Below the pieces are notes generated by a model that was not told the DNA's origin, made no database searches, and saw only the letters and a list, made by a program, of their open reading frames with translations. From Fibrobacterales bacterium (GTDB lineage: Bacteria > Fibrobacterota > Fibrobacteria > Fibrobacterales > JAOPTW01), in contig JAOPTX010000072.1 in NCBI GenBank assembly GCA_051532055.1, forward strand, positions 1 through 25,396: DNA of 25,396 nucleotides. The letters are read 5' to 3'. The translations under genes and the position numbers were made by a program. Positions 1 to 8,910 of this stretch are shown piece by piece (positions within the stretch are counted from its first letter, which is position 1; the number at the start of each line of letters is the position of its first letter).

Positions 1-1
1 T

Positions 2-61
2 TACCGTGCCGAGTTCACTTCTGAGCAAAGCACTGAATACAGCAATTATTATGAAAGCTGA
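2..61 (+). CDS. Possible 3' end of an upstream CDS (...YRAEFTSEQSTEYSNYYES*)
   Basis: Open frame from base 2 to TGA at 59-61, ending about 90 bp before an attC-like site as a cassette gene would; too short to identify. Confidence 0.35.
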   Translation, partial: YRAEFTSEQSTEYSNYYES

Positions 62-150
62 AAAGCTGTAAGTATGTCATTCTGGTATCTGATGATAAAC
101 AGATGTATGTACATCTCTTGGGAGAGATTAGATTTATAATCACCTACTGG

Positions 151-229
151 GCCCAACAGCAAAAGCAGGCAACGATTTTTTCTAAAGATGAAGAAGAAAA
201 TCGCTGCCAACATTTTGTGCACGTTGAGC
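151..229 (+). repeat. attC-like hairpin core, copy 1
   Basis: GCCCAAC (RYYYAAC) at 151 and GTTGAGC (GTTRRRY) at 223; stem CAAAA-GCAGGCAACGATTTT / AAAATCGCTGCCAACATTTTG; homologous to 21598-21676 and 22803-22879. Confidence 0.8.
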
Positions 230-326
230 AGGGGCAGACGAAAATAATTTATTGGGTACAGCACACCGTCCGGCGTGGATCAATGTATACACCATCAATA
301 CTATTTGAGTTGCTCTGGCTCATGTC

Positions 327-2465
327 CTAAAACACCTTCATGATCATCACTTCAGTTCTGGTATGGGGGAGAACGGGCACTGCAGTACCTGACAGGGTAA
401 AAAACCTCACCTTCGTACCGAACTGCAATTCAGGGAGAACATCGTAAGGGGAAATGACTTGATAGTGCGCTCTGCTTGTACCCTGATATGGATGATTAAT
501 AGGGGACACTGATTCGGATGAAAAACTATTCTCTTCCTCTTGTTGTGTATCAGATGAGTCTTCAGGTGCCGAGCTTACCGTATCAGTAGATTCTTCGGAC
601 GAATCTGTTGGTAGGGTATCAGATGTATCCACTGGTTGGGTATTTGAAGTATCTGTTACCAGTGTGTCAGAGCTATCTCTATGGAGTGTATCCAAACTAT
701 CCATCGGTATAACTTCAGAAGTAGTACCATAGCATTGAAACTCATGTAAGTTAGCAGCCATACCCGCTTCAGAGTTTTTTACAATAAGTCTAATTTTGTT
801 TGTTGTAACCGTGAATTCCTTTTCAACCCACCCATTGAAATCCGCCTTTTCATAGGGAAATGCATCGTGCCATGCAGTATCTACCCAATATTGTATTCTC
901 CATTCTGAAACCTGAGAATTTTTATTATCCTCGTATATTCGAGCACGCGTTACATCTTTCATTTCATCAAATTCAAATTCAACCCACCCTTCACTGCCAT
1001 CAACTGTTTTTGAATCTTGTGCTCCACCACCAGTTGATCCATCCCATAGATTGGAAAGATCAATCCAGTCATCACTGTCACGCTTATACGTTTTCTCATT
1101 AATGAAATTTGTATCTGCTAATAATGACTTGTTATATACTCTCAGCATACTTGGGTTAGGGTAGGGAGGGTCTCTTGGTTCGTCTTGGTTTCTTCCGAGT
1201 GTTTCCCATCGGAGATAATAGCTCCCACTTGAACGGGATTGTAATTCCATACCAGAGGTTTTTGATTCCACAGTTTGTAGTTGTTCTCTTAATGTTTTCG
1301 GGGGTATTAGGGTTTGATCGGGAATATATACATCTACAAGTTGTAAGGTCTCTTCATCAAGAATCCAACTGCTATTCCCGTGTTTAACATGTTCAAAGCT
1401 TTGAATAATTCGCCCAAGGGTATCTGTACCGAAACCTGAGCCTTTAACATTATGATCTATTGAACCTGTTTTGGAAATATTCCACGTATAACTAGTCCAC
1501 TGAGTTGTTTGATAAATCACCCAACGATCATTTTCCCAGCGTGTATTAAATATTTGACTTATTCCTTTTTTATCATATTTATGATACCTGACAACGGCTC
1601 TATCTTTAGTATCCCAAGTTAATCCCACACCCATATTTATTAGGCCATTTCCGGAAGACACTGGATCGACCACCACCCCTGGAGTGGAAATTTTGATAGG
1701 AAGAGAAACGGGGTCGCCACTCATGGTGACCCACTCAGAAAAATCTTTACTTTTGATAAGTGAAACATCGTGGTTTGTATTAGCATTTGGACTGTCTCGC
1801 CACACCCACACAATGTAATAGTACCCATCACGGCCAAGCTTAGGAGTACCATGGTAGGCGTTCATTTTGCCCTGCCCATCAAAAAGCCCTTTACTCGTTA
1901 ACCGATGCCACGTCTTTGTATGTATATCATATCCATTCCATATAGTGGTACCACTGCCACTACTTCCGGTACGATACTGAAAAATCAACACATTATTTGA
2001 ATTTGTAAAAAACTTAGGATACGTAACTTTATCTTCCAGCGATCCAACCATTCCTGGAGCTTCAAAGCTGGAAATATCATGGGGTTTAGAAGACCGAAAA
2101 TAAACCAACGGATCATCATGCATATTGCCACTTATATGAATATACCCTTCGTCGTCAATTTCCATTTCAATGGAATTATGACTATCCCATCCAACTTTAG
2201 AAGGAAGGGTGTGGTACTCCCACTTTGAGGAACCCAAAAGCCGTTGAGCGATGGTCATTTTACGGTCTGCATTATAATACGCTACATACTGTAATGAATC
2301 GGTGTTTTTCAAATCAAAACGAACGGGATGACCTGCCCAGACTGGTGCAATGTCCAGTGCATAGAGAGAGTGGGGAGTTATTAAAATACATACCCCTAGA
2401 ATAAAGGCTAAACATTTTTTAAGCATAGATCTAGATTGCATAAAATAGTGTGATGTGATAGACAT
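327..2465 (-). CDS. Secreted BNR_4-type beta-propeller protein (possible polysaccharide lyase or hydrolase) with F5/8-type-C/CBM32-like domain, D/S/T-rich linker and CTD-like tail
   Basis: Signal peptide; WDSHNSIEMEIDDEGYIHISGNMH and VTYPKFF...FQYRTGSSGSG motifs typical of BNR_4; WVEFEF...NKIRL...EFQCYG discoidin pattern; AAGGAG RBS upstream. Confidence 0.75.
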   Translation of the reverse strand: MSITSHYFMQSRSMLKKCLAFILGVCILITPHSLYALDIAPVWAGHPVRFDLKNTDSLQYVAYYNADRKMTIAQRLLGSSKWEYHTLPSKVGWDSHNSIEMEIDDEGYIHISGNMHDDPLVYFRSSKPHDISSFEAPGMVGSLEDKVTYPKFFTNSNNVLIFQYRTGSSGSGTTIWNGYDIHTKTWHRLTSKGLFDGQGKMNAYHGTPKLGRDGYYYIVWVWRDSPNANTNHDVSLIKSKDFSEWVTMSGDPVSLPIKISTPGVVVDPVSSGNGLINMGVGLTWDTKDRAVVRYHKYDKKGISQIFNTRWENDRWVIYQTTQWTSYTWNISKTGSIDHNVKGSGFGTDTLGRIIQSFEHVKHGNSSWILDEETLQLVDVYIPDQTLIPPKTLREQLQTVESKTSGMELQSRSSGSYYLRWETLGRNQDEPRDPPYPNPSMLRVYNKSLLADTNFINEKTYKRDSDDWIDLSNLWDGSTGGGAQDSKTVDGSEGWVEFEFDEMKDVTRARIYEDNKNSQVSEWRIQYWVDTAWHDAFPYEKADFNGWVEKEFTVTTNKIRLIVKNSEAGMAANLHEFQCYGTTSEVIPMDSLDTLHRDSSDTLVTDTSNTQPVDTSDTLPTDSSEESTDTVSSAPEDSSDTQQEEENSFSSESVSPINHPYQGTSRAHYQVISPYDVLPELQFGTKVRFFTLSGTAVPVLPHTRTEVMIMKVF

Positions 2466-2503
2466 ACTGTGTGTTCTCCTTTATGTTTAAACAATTACAA
2501 ACT

Positions 2504-5437
2504 CTACTTAAAGTGTACAACAACAACACCACTTGGGATTGAAGCCGGTACAATGATTGGTGATCCATTTATTTCAGAGCTCAACAATTTCTCACCAAAA
2601 AGCGAGTATATGCTATAGTGCTTTGCACCCGGTACAAGAGGAATTGTTTTTTGAAATGCATTGAGGGTTATGAGTTTAGAAATGCCAGCATTGTGATTTT
2701 CTGTAAGCTGTATACTTGCTACTGTGCCAGTTTCGTTACTTGAATAGTGTAGTGTTGATGATTCACTCATTTCACTGCGCGTATTCAATTCTTCAGAAGA
2801 TGGACTGATTGATTCAGACGAAATACCAATTGCCGAGCTACTACTTATACCGATTTCTGAGCCGATGTGTGAACTACTGCTCTCATCAGAAAAAGAGTAG
2901 GGTGCTATAGGCTCATAGTCGTCTGTATAGTCTATCCCACTCACATTAGAAAAATATTGAACACATACATCACGCCACTCTTTGGCGTCTATCATTTGCG
3001 TATTAAATTTTTGTTGAATTTCATCATACCGTTGCTGGTCAATTTCTCCATACACTTGATTGAGCGCACCCATATAAGACGCTACACTAGGATGGTATGA
3101 ATCGTACCGGGCAAAAATATCTTTAATGAGAGTATTACCAGAAGCCATTTTATAACTCCACGGTACATGATGAAACCAAAGCAAATAGTCTTCGGAGACT
3201 TGGCTTACATCATTAAAATTGTTTTTTACTTCTGTGTGATACTGTGATACGTTATTAGAACCGCTTGTTGTTCGGTCGTAACCAATACCGTTCTTATCTG
3301 CCTGGTGATATCCCGAACGTTTCTCAGGGCCTGGCAGGTAATGCTTTCCATCAGTCAAAAAATGTAGGCCGAGGGGCATTGTGTAATTCACATAATTTTG
3401 GTGAGATTCCAATAGTATTGGACGCAAGGCCTCTTTTACTGCCGGTTTGGGGCTAAAGGTCATTGAAATCCATTCATCCAGTATAGTCTGTGAGCTCAGA
3501 GTTGGGTCCCATGCCATCCTCCCAAAGGCGTACCAATTTGATTGTGCCATATGATGACCACACCAATTTGAATCATTTCCAATATTTGCAACCCCAGCAA
3601 TGAGACTGATCTTTGAGTTAAATAAAGAACCATCTATAAGCTTTGCTATGGTAGAACCCTTTCCTTTGGCATAGGTGTCTGACCGTAACACTTCTTCCCA
3701 CAGGGTACCCAAGTAAACCATATGGGTACTCCAACCTAAATACTCTTGAGTGATTTGAAACTCAATCCCTATGTTTGTGTTTGGCATGTTTCCAAAAAGA
3801 GGGGTGAATGGTTCTCTGGGTTGAAAATCAAGGGGACCATTTTTTACTTGTATTACCACGTTATCATCAAACTGTCCATCAATTGGTTTAAAAGACTCAT
3901 AGGCAGCACTCGCCCTATCATAATCGTCACTACTTTGACCTCCATACACAAAGGCTCGCCACATTACAATCCCTCCATGGGGTGCGAGTGCCTTTGCCAA
4001 ACAATTCGCACCATCCGCATGGGTCTTATTATAATCGTGAGGACCAGGCTGACCTTCGGAATCGGCCTTTATTAAAAAGCCACCAAAATCTGGAATGAGG
4101 GCATATATTTCTGTGGCTTTTGATTCCCACCACGCAAGTACTGATGCGTTTGTAGGGTCGGCAGTGGAGAGGCCGCCAATAGTTTTAGGTGCGGAAAATT
4201 GCGCAGTTACATACACTCGGATACCATAAGGCCTAAATACATTCGCAAGGGCCGCCACTTTTTTCAAGTTTGATGCCTTTAATATTTCTGGTTCGGCATT
4301 TACATTGTTTAATACTGTTCCGTTAATCCCGATGGATGCATTGGCTCTCGCATAATCAGTGTATCTTTGATCAACGGTACCGGGCAACTCATCCCATTTC
4401 CAAAGTGATTTTCCGGCGTACCCTCGTTCTATGCTCCCATCTGGATTATCCCAATGATTTAAAAGCCGGTAAGAGTTTTGGGGCTTACTTGATACATCCA
4501 AGGATTCTAACGAAGAGCCCGATTGTATCAGTCTCAAAAAAGCAAATACTCCATAGAGTGCCCCAATATCAGACTTCGAAGCAATCACAATACATTGTTT
4601 ACCCGCTACTAGTGTGGTTCGAATCAGATACCCTTCATTCCCCAAGTCATTTAAATTTGAAGTCAAGCTTAACGACTCAATGAGTTCTGACCCGCTTGGG
4701 CTCCCCACTATAATGGTATTTTCGGTGGTTAAAGAAGCTGTGGAAGTGATAGGTTCTCCAAGGAGGCCACCTATTCCTTTTATCAGCTCAATTTTTGCTG
4801 CATCAAGTATAGGGGAAGAACCCTCAAAAACAATTGCCTTAATGACGTTTTTAGCGGATGTAAGGTAATCCGTGTCCGAAATTTTGGGGTACCGTAACCA
4901 GAGATTGTAACCTGTTTCATCGGAGGGGGGAGTAAATGACTCTTCATTTTCCAAGACGATATAATCCAGTGCCAACCATCCACTACCGCTCTTTTTATTT
5001 TCGCCGATTAATTTAAAAGTGAGGGTATGAACACCGGGTTTTTCGATTTGTATAGTTGCGATAGATAATTCTTCATGTACTGTACTGTTTGAATACAAAT
5101 CAATGGGTACACCAATTTCCTGATCATTTAATAGTAGTTGAAATATTCCCCGAGAGTCCCCTTGTTTTACACCAACACTAAAATCATAAGATCCAGCAAC
5201 AGCAATGTTAAAGCTAAAGGTAAGGCTATCTCCTGTTTCATCCGATTCTACAATCACCCCTAAATCATTACTTCCTTCCGGATAACTAAAGTTTCGAAAA
5301 GAGACCCCATCTGTAACAGACTCAACTGCCAGATTTTCTGCCTCATATTTAAATTCCAGTCCAAGGGAGTTCGTTAAACCGAAAAATAAAATAAAAACAA
5401 TAAGCTTAAGCGCTATACTATTAAACCGTAAATGCAT
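2504..5437 (-). CDS. aguA: GH67 alpha-glucuronidase with N-terminal CBM6/CBM35-like module, Ser-rich linker and T9SS-like CTD
   Basis: GH67 signatures RLLNHWDNPDGSIERGYAG, YARANASIGINGTVLNNVN, GGFLIKADSEGQPGP, KNGPLDFQPREP, EFQITQEYLG; N-terminal YEAE...LDYI CBM pattern. Confidence 0.95.
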   Translation of the reverse strand: MHLRFNSIALKLIVFILFFGLTNSLGLEFKYEAENLAVESVTDGVSFRNFSYPEGSNDLGVIVESDETGDSLTFSFNIAVAGSYDFSVGVKQGDSRGIFQLLLNDQEIGVPIDLYSNSTVHEELSIATIQIEKPGVHTLTFKLIGENKKSGSGWLALDYIVLENEESFTPPSDETGYNLWLRYPKISDTDYLTSAKNVIKAIVFEGSSPILDAAKIELIKGIGGLLGEPITSTASLTTENTIIVGSPSGSELIESLSLTSNLNDLGNEGYLIRTTLVAGKQCIVIASKSDIGALYGVFAFLRLIQSGSSLESLDVSSKPQNSYRLLNHWDNPDGSIERGYAGKSLWKWDELPGTVDQRYTDYARANASIGINGTVLNNVNAEPEILKASNLKKVAALANVFRPYGIRVYVTAQFSAPKTIGGLSTADPTNASVLAWWESKATEIYALIPDFGGFLIKADSEGQPGPHDYNKTHADGANCLAKALAPHGGIVMWRAFVYGGQSSDDYDRASAAYESFKPIDGQFDDNVVIQVKNGPLDFQPREPFTPLFGNMPNTNIGIEFQITQEYLGWSTHMVYLGTLWEEVLRSDTYAKGKGSTIAKLIDGSLFNSKISLIAGVANIGNDSNWCGHHMAQSNWYAFGRMAWDPTLSSQTILDEWISMTFSPKPAVKEALRPILLESHQNYVNYTMPLGLHFLTDGKHYLPGPEKRSGYHQADKNGIGYDRTTSGSNNVSQYHTEVKNNFNDVSQVSEDYLLWFHHVPWSYKMASGNTLIKDIFARYDSYHPSVASYMGALNQVYGEIDQQRYDEIQQKFNTQMIDAKEWRDVCVQYFSNVSGIDYTDDYEPIAPYSFSDESSSSHIGSEIGISSSSAIGISSESISPSSEELNTRSEMSESSTLHYSSNETGTVASIQLTENHNAGISKLITLNAFQKTIPLVPGAKHYSIYSLFGEKLLSSEINGSPIIVPASIPSGVVVVHFK

Positions 5438-5595
5438 TTAACTACCCCCAAGCCACTGCTTTAAAGACTTGCCTGTGTATTCCATATTACCCTCCGATAA
5501 ATATATTTAATGCTCTACTATTATATACCGTGAGGCCAGCTTATGACCTCATTTCGTAATGTACTTCACATGTCTTTGCAAGCGAAGAGATGTAA

Positions 5596-7170
5596 TTACT
5601 CCCCAGGTACAATCATATACTGTGGAGCATTCGTAAACTTGTAAGGAAAGGACGAACCTTTCCATTTTATGATTTTACGTTCGCCAAATAGATCCTTTAT
5701 CTCAACCCTCCCGAGTGAACTCTGAATATCTCGAGTTTCCTGCGGACCTTCTTTCCAGAATACATAGATGGTGTCGGATCCTTTTTTGAATTTGAGAAAA
5801 TATACTCCAGGGGTTCCTGAGTCGATACGTTTACTAAAGGTATACCCATTAAGCACAGTGTTTAATGTTTTGTATGCATGGTACGCTTTCTTGGGGGTGA
5901 GATCATTTTCTACGAGTCCAAAATTGTGTTCTCTGTTTCCTGCGTCAGTACCATCATTCTTCCAGTCATACCAGATGCTGAGATTAACCCCCTTGGAAAT
6001 ATTCGTTAAGAGCTCTCTCACCAAACGTTGTGCCTGATCGAAGTCACTGAGTGGATTACCATCCCAGTTTATGTTTGAATAGCCCCATTCACTCGACACA
6101 ATGGGCCTGCCTTTTCCGCCGGTATATCCATCAATAAGAGCATTGAGTTTATCGTACTCACTCCTTACTGTTTCAGGATCTTGATGGCGATAGGGGTGTA
6201 CAGAGACAGCATCAATATGGTTGAGCATACCCAGTTGAAAAGTCTGTTCGATCCAACCCAAATCGATGTGTGCTGTTGCAGAGCCAAGCAGTATCGCATT
6301 GGGATCAGCCTTTTTAATAGCGGGCACTGCCATATTCATAAGTTTCATATAGGCCTTTGCATCAGAGTCTGGTGCCCAGAAAACGTGGATATTGGGTTCG
6401 TTCCACAACTCCCAGATAATGTTTTTTCCTTTATATCGTTCTACTGCTTTTGAGGCATAATTAGTCCAGGCTACTCTTCCATCATAGGTCCAGACAGAGT
6501 TCCCATATTCTTCATAGTTTTTATTAGAGTAATTAAGAATAAACAATAGCTGGAGTCCACGCTGTTCACATCCTTCAACAAGTGCGTCATATTGCGACCA
6601 ATCAAATTTTCCTTTTTGCCTCTCAACTTTATGCCAAAAGAGATCCATGCGTATAATTTTAATGCCAGCATCAGCAATCTGATCAAGTTGAGGGCTGTTT
6701 GCTCGGAAATGAATATTGACTCCAAACCCATGGGGGATAGTCGGGCCAGGGAGACCCCAATTTGCAAAATCAGGATATGTACTCGACGATTCCGTAGGTT
6801 CGTCTGAACTACTTATGGTAAGGCTATCCTGTGTTCTAATAGAACTGCTTGAGCTATTCTCTTTAGCGTCAGAAGAGGAAACTACGCGAGTACTCGAGGA
6901 CTCGGAAACGATAGAGATTTCGGGAGTATTGAAACTACTGAGGGTACTATTACCCTGCGTGCTACTGCTTGGTGTCACTTCAGGATCAGTTTTTTCAATG
7001 GAAGAACCTGTTTCTAATTCAGAACTCAATTGAGTATCACTACTATCGTTAGCAGAGGAATCTGAAATTTCTTGTTCCAGTACTGAGTCTGTTACTTTGC
7101 TACATGCGCTTGATAACAATAAGATTACAATGATTGAAAACCAAGATAAAACAAAATGACTCTTATTCAT
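5596..7170 (-). CDS. Lipoprotein glycoside hydrolase of clan GH-A (GH39/GH5-like)
   Basis: Lipobox-like SSAC, Ser-rich tether, acid/base motif WELWNEPN, SVHPY, nucleophile motif SEWGY. Confidence 0.85.
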   Translation of the reverse strand: MNKSHFVLSWFSIIVILLLSSACSKVTDSVLEQEISDSSANDSSDTQLSSELETGSSIEKTDPEVTPSSSTQGNSTLSSFNTPEISIVSESSSTRVVSSSDAKENSSSSSIRTQDSLTISSSDEPTESSSTYPDFANWGLPGPTIPHGFGVNIHFRANSPQLDQIADAGIKIIRMDLFWHKVERQKGKFDWSQYDALVEGCEQRGLQLLFILNYSNKNYEEYGNSVWTYDGRVAWTNYASKAVERYKGKNIIWELWNEPNIHVFWAPDSDAKAYMKLMNMAVPAIKKADPNAILLGSATAHIDLGWIEQTFQLGMLNHIDAVSVHPYRHQDPETVRSEYDKLNALIDGYTGGKGRPIVSSEWGYSNINWDGNPLSDFDQAQRLVRELLTNISKGVNLSIWYDWKNDGTDAGNREHNFGLVENDLTPKKAYHAYKTLNTVLNGYTFSKRIDSGTPGVYFLKFKKGSDTIYVFWKEGPQETRDIQSSLGRVEIKDLFGERKIIKWKGSSFPYKFTNAPQYMIVPGE

Positions 7171-7420
7171 GTGTGCCCCCGAGAGTGTATATTTTGTGTG
7201 TTTCCCTAACTTAAGTATATACTACGTATAGGCATGAATGTGTGTGTGCAGGACAATAACACTGTGATAATGCTGACTTTTGTTGACATGCTATTTTAGT
7301 TATTTAAAGCGGAACCTCAAAATTGTCAAAAAGCTATTAATTGGATTCAGTAACAAAAGTTTTACTATACCGGCCTGATATTAAATTATTGATCTAAAAT
7401 AATATAATTGAAACAGTGTC

Positions 7421-7450
7421 TATAATCACCTACTGGGCTCAACAGCAAAA
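7421..7450 (+). repeat. Truncated cassette-end repeat (arm A, R'' and start of core)
   Basis: TATAATCACCTACTGGGCTCAACAGCAAAA, 29/30 identical to 135-164; the rest of the core is absent. Confidence 0.85.
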
Positions 7451-7547
7451 ATATTTGGTGTAATTCCTGTTGTGATGGATAATAATACATATAGTATGAT
7501 CACAAATAGTGGCACTTTAAATACATTGTATTTGTCTTTAAATTAAA

Positions 7548-7901
7548 ATGGGAAATATGAAATTAATTATTCTTATTATTTTATTGTTTATTCTATCTGG
7601 TTGTATTTCTGATTCAAATGAAAACAACACCAATGTTTCTTCAAATTCATGTGATAACTGTACTGAGCTCACTAACTCTTCCGAAGCCACTTACTCATCT
7701 TCGTCAGAAAATAACCAGCAATCAGATTGCTATACTAAAGAACAGGCACTTGAAGATTGCGACTACCACATGGGCTGTATGAATGCAGATGTAATTGGAG
7801 CAGAATCTAATGGCTCTCATTCGATTAAATGTATTTGTGCTGGTGATGTGGAAGGTAATACTATTAACCGTTCTGATAGCGGTATCTTAAATTGCTTTTA
7901 A
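7548..7901 (+). CDS. Cys-rich lipoprotein with one 6-Cys domain (start may be ATG 7557)
   Basis: Lipobox LSGC, S/N-rich linker, Cys pattern shared with the next gene. Confidence 0.8.
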   Translation: MGNMKLIILIILLFILSGCISDSNENNTNVSSNSCDNCTELTNSSEATYSSSSENNQQSDCYTKEQALEDCDYHMGCMNADVIGAESNGSHSIKCICAGDVEGNTINRSDSGILNCF

Positions 7902-8114
7902 TTTCCATAGCTCAACATCTGACAACCTAAACAGGTTTTTTAGATAGATACATCTGTAATTCTCACCCAACACAAGAGGCATCAATAAATCCCCTTATAG
8001 ATGGATTGGTCCCTTAATAGATCACTCTATCGGGTGAAGTCTAATGCGTTAACCAGTTGATTTTTGCTTAATAAATACTATCTTAATTTTCATTTTTACC
8101 CTTTAAGGATATAC

Positions 8115-8726
8115 ATGAAAACAATATTTTATACAACTTTATTCGCATTAACTTTTTTACTTATTGCTTGTGGAGAAGACGCTACCACTGGTAACAATGA
8201 AACTATCTCAAGTTCTACCGAGGCTAGTCCAACTCGACAAGAATCATCAAATACCCAACAAGACCATCCTTCATCTGCTGGCACTAATGCAGAAGAATGT
8301 TTCGAGGAGGATTATTTGCTTGCCGTATATTGTCCAAATGATATGAATTGCTATTCTACCTCTGCTAGAATTGACGGCGACTACTCATACACCTGTATAT
8401 GTGATAATGGTGAGGCTTCTTTTGATCGTTCTATGGGTCCAAAAAACTGTGCACCAAATTCTGCCACTGAACCTACTACCTGCTTATCCAAAAGTGACTT
8501 GAAGCCATTGTGCGAATCAAAAAATATGTGTTCCCCTGTAACAGAAATTGAAATAGTGGGCAAATGGACCATTAATTGTGGCTGCGATAATGACGAAGGG
8601 TTTAGATGGGAAAGAGATCCAGATGAGCACACCCCTGCTTGTAAAACTGATTCAGGTGGAAGCACACCAGGAAATGATGACGGCTTCGATGATGGCTTTG
8701 ACGACGGCTTCGATGATGACTGGTAA
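8115..8726 (+). CDS. Cys-rich lipoprotein with two 6-Cys domains and an acidic DDGF-repeat tail
   Basis: AAGGA RBS then ATG at 8115 (MKTIFY); lipobox LIAC; two C-x9/10-C-x5-C...CxC...C units. Confidence 0.85.
   Translation: MKTIFYTTLFALTFLLIACGEDATTGNNETISSSTEASPTRQESSNTQQDHPSSAGTNAEECFEEDYLLAVYCPNDMNCYSTSARIDGDYSYTCICDNGEASFDRSMGPKNCAPNSATEPTTCLSKSDLKPLCESKNMCSPVTEIEIVGKWTINCGCDNDEGFRWERDPDEHTPACKTDSGGSTPGNDDGFDDGFDDGFDDDW
8676..8723 (+). repeat. 12-bp tandem repeat x4 encoding DDGF DDGF DDGF DDDW
   Basis: gatgacggcttc gatgatggcttt gacgacggcttc gatgatgactgg. Confidence 0.9.
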
Positions 8727-8910
8727 TCATCAAATGTATTGCACGATGAATGCTCATATGTTTGGGAGATTGTTTACTTAAGGGTTGGTGTAGCAGTGGT
8801 GAAGAATATAGTTTCTTGATCACTGATACGCACTCTCTTATGGTGCCCTACGTAATTCCGTCATTTCATCCACTTCATCTATTAGTTCTTCCTCAAAATC
8901 CATCGCCCCT

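Noticed and set aside
103..330. Short ORFs 103..330 and 22725..22919 sharing 'QQ..ATIFS' peptides
   Set aside because: The similarity is just translation through the hairpin core repeat; the frames diverge after it, so they are not a protein family
7965..8062. Possible degenerate attC (ACCCAAC...GTT) between the two Cys-rich lipoprotein genes
   Set aside because: Only a weak imperfect stem, no convincing L boxes and no paired arms
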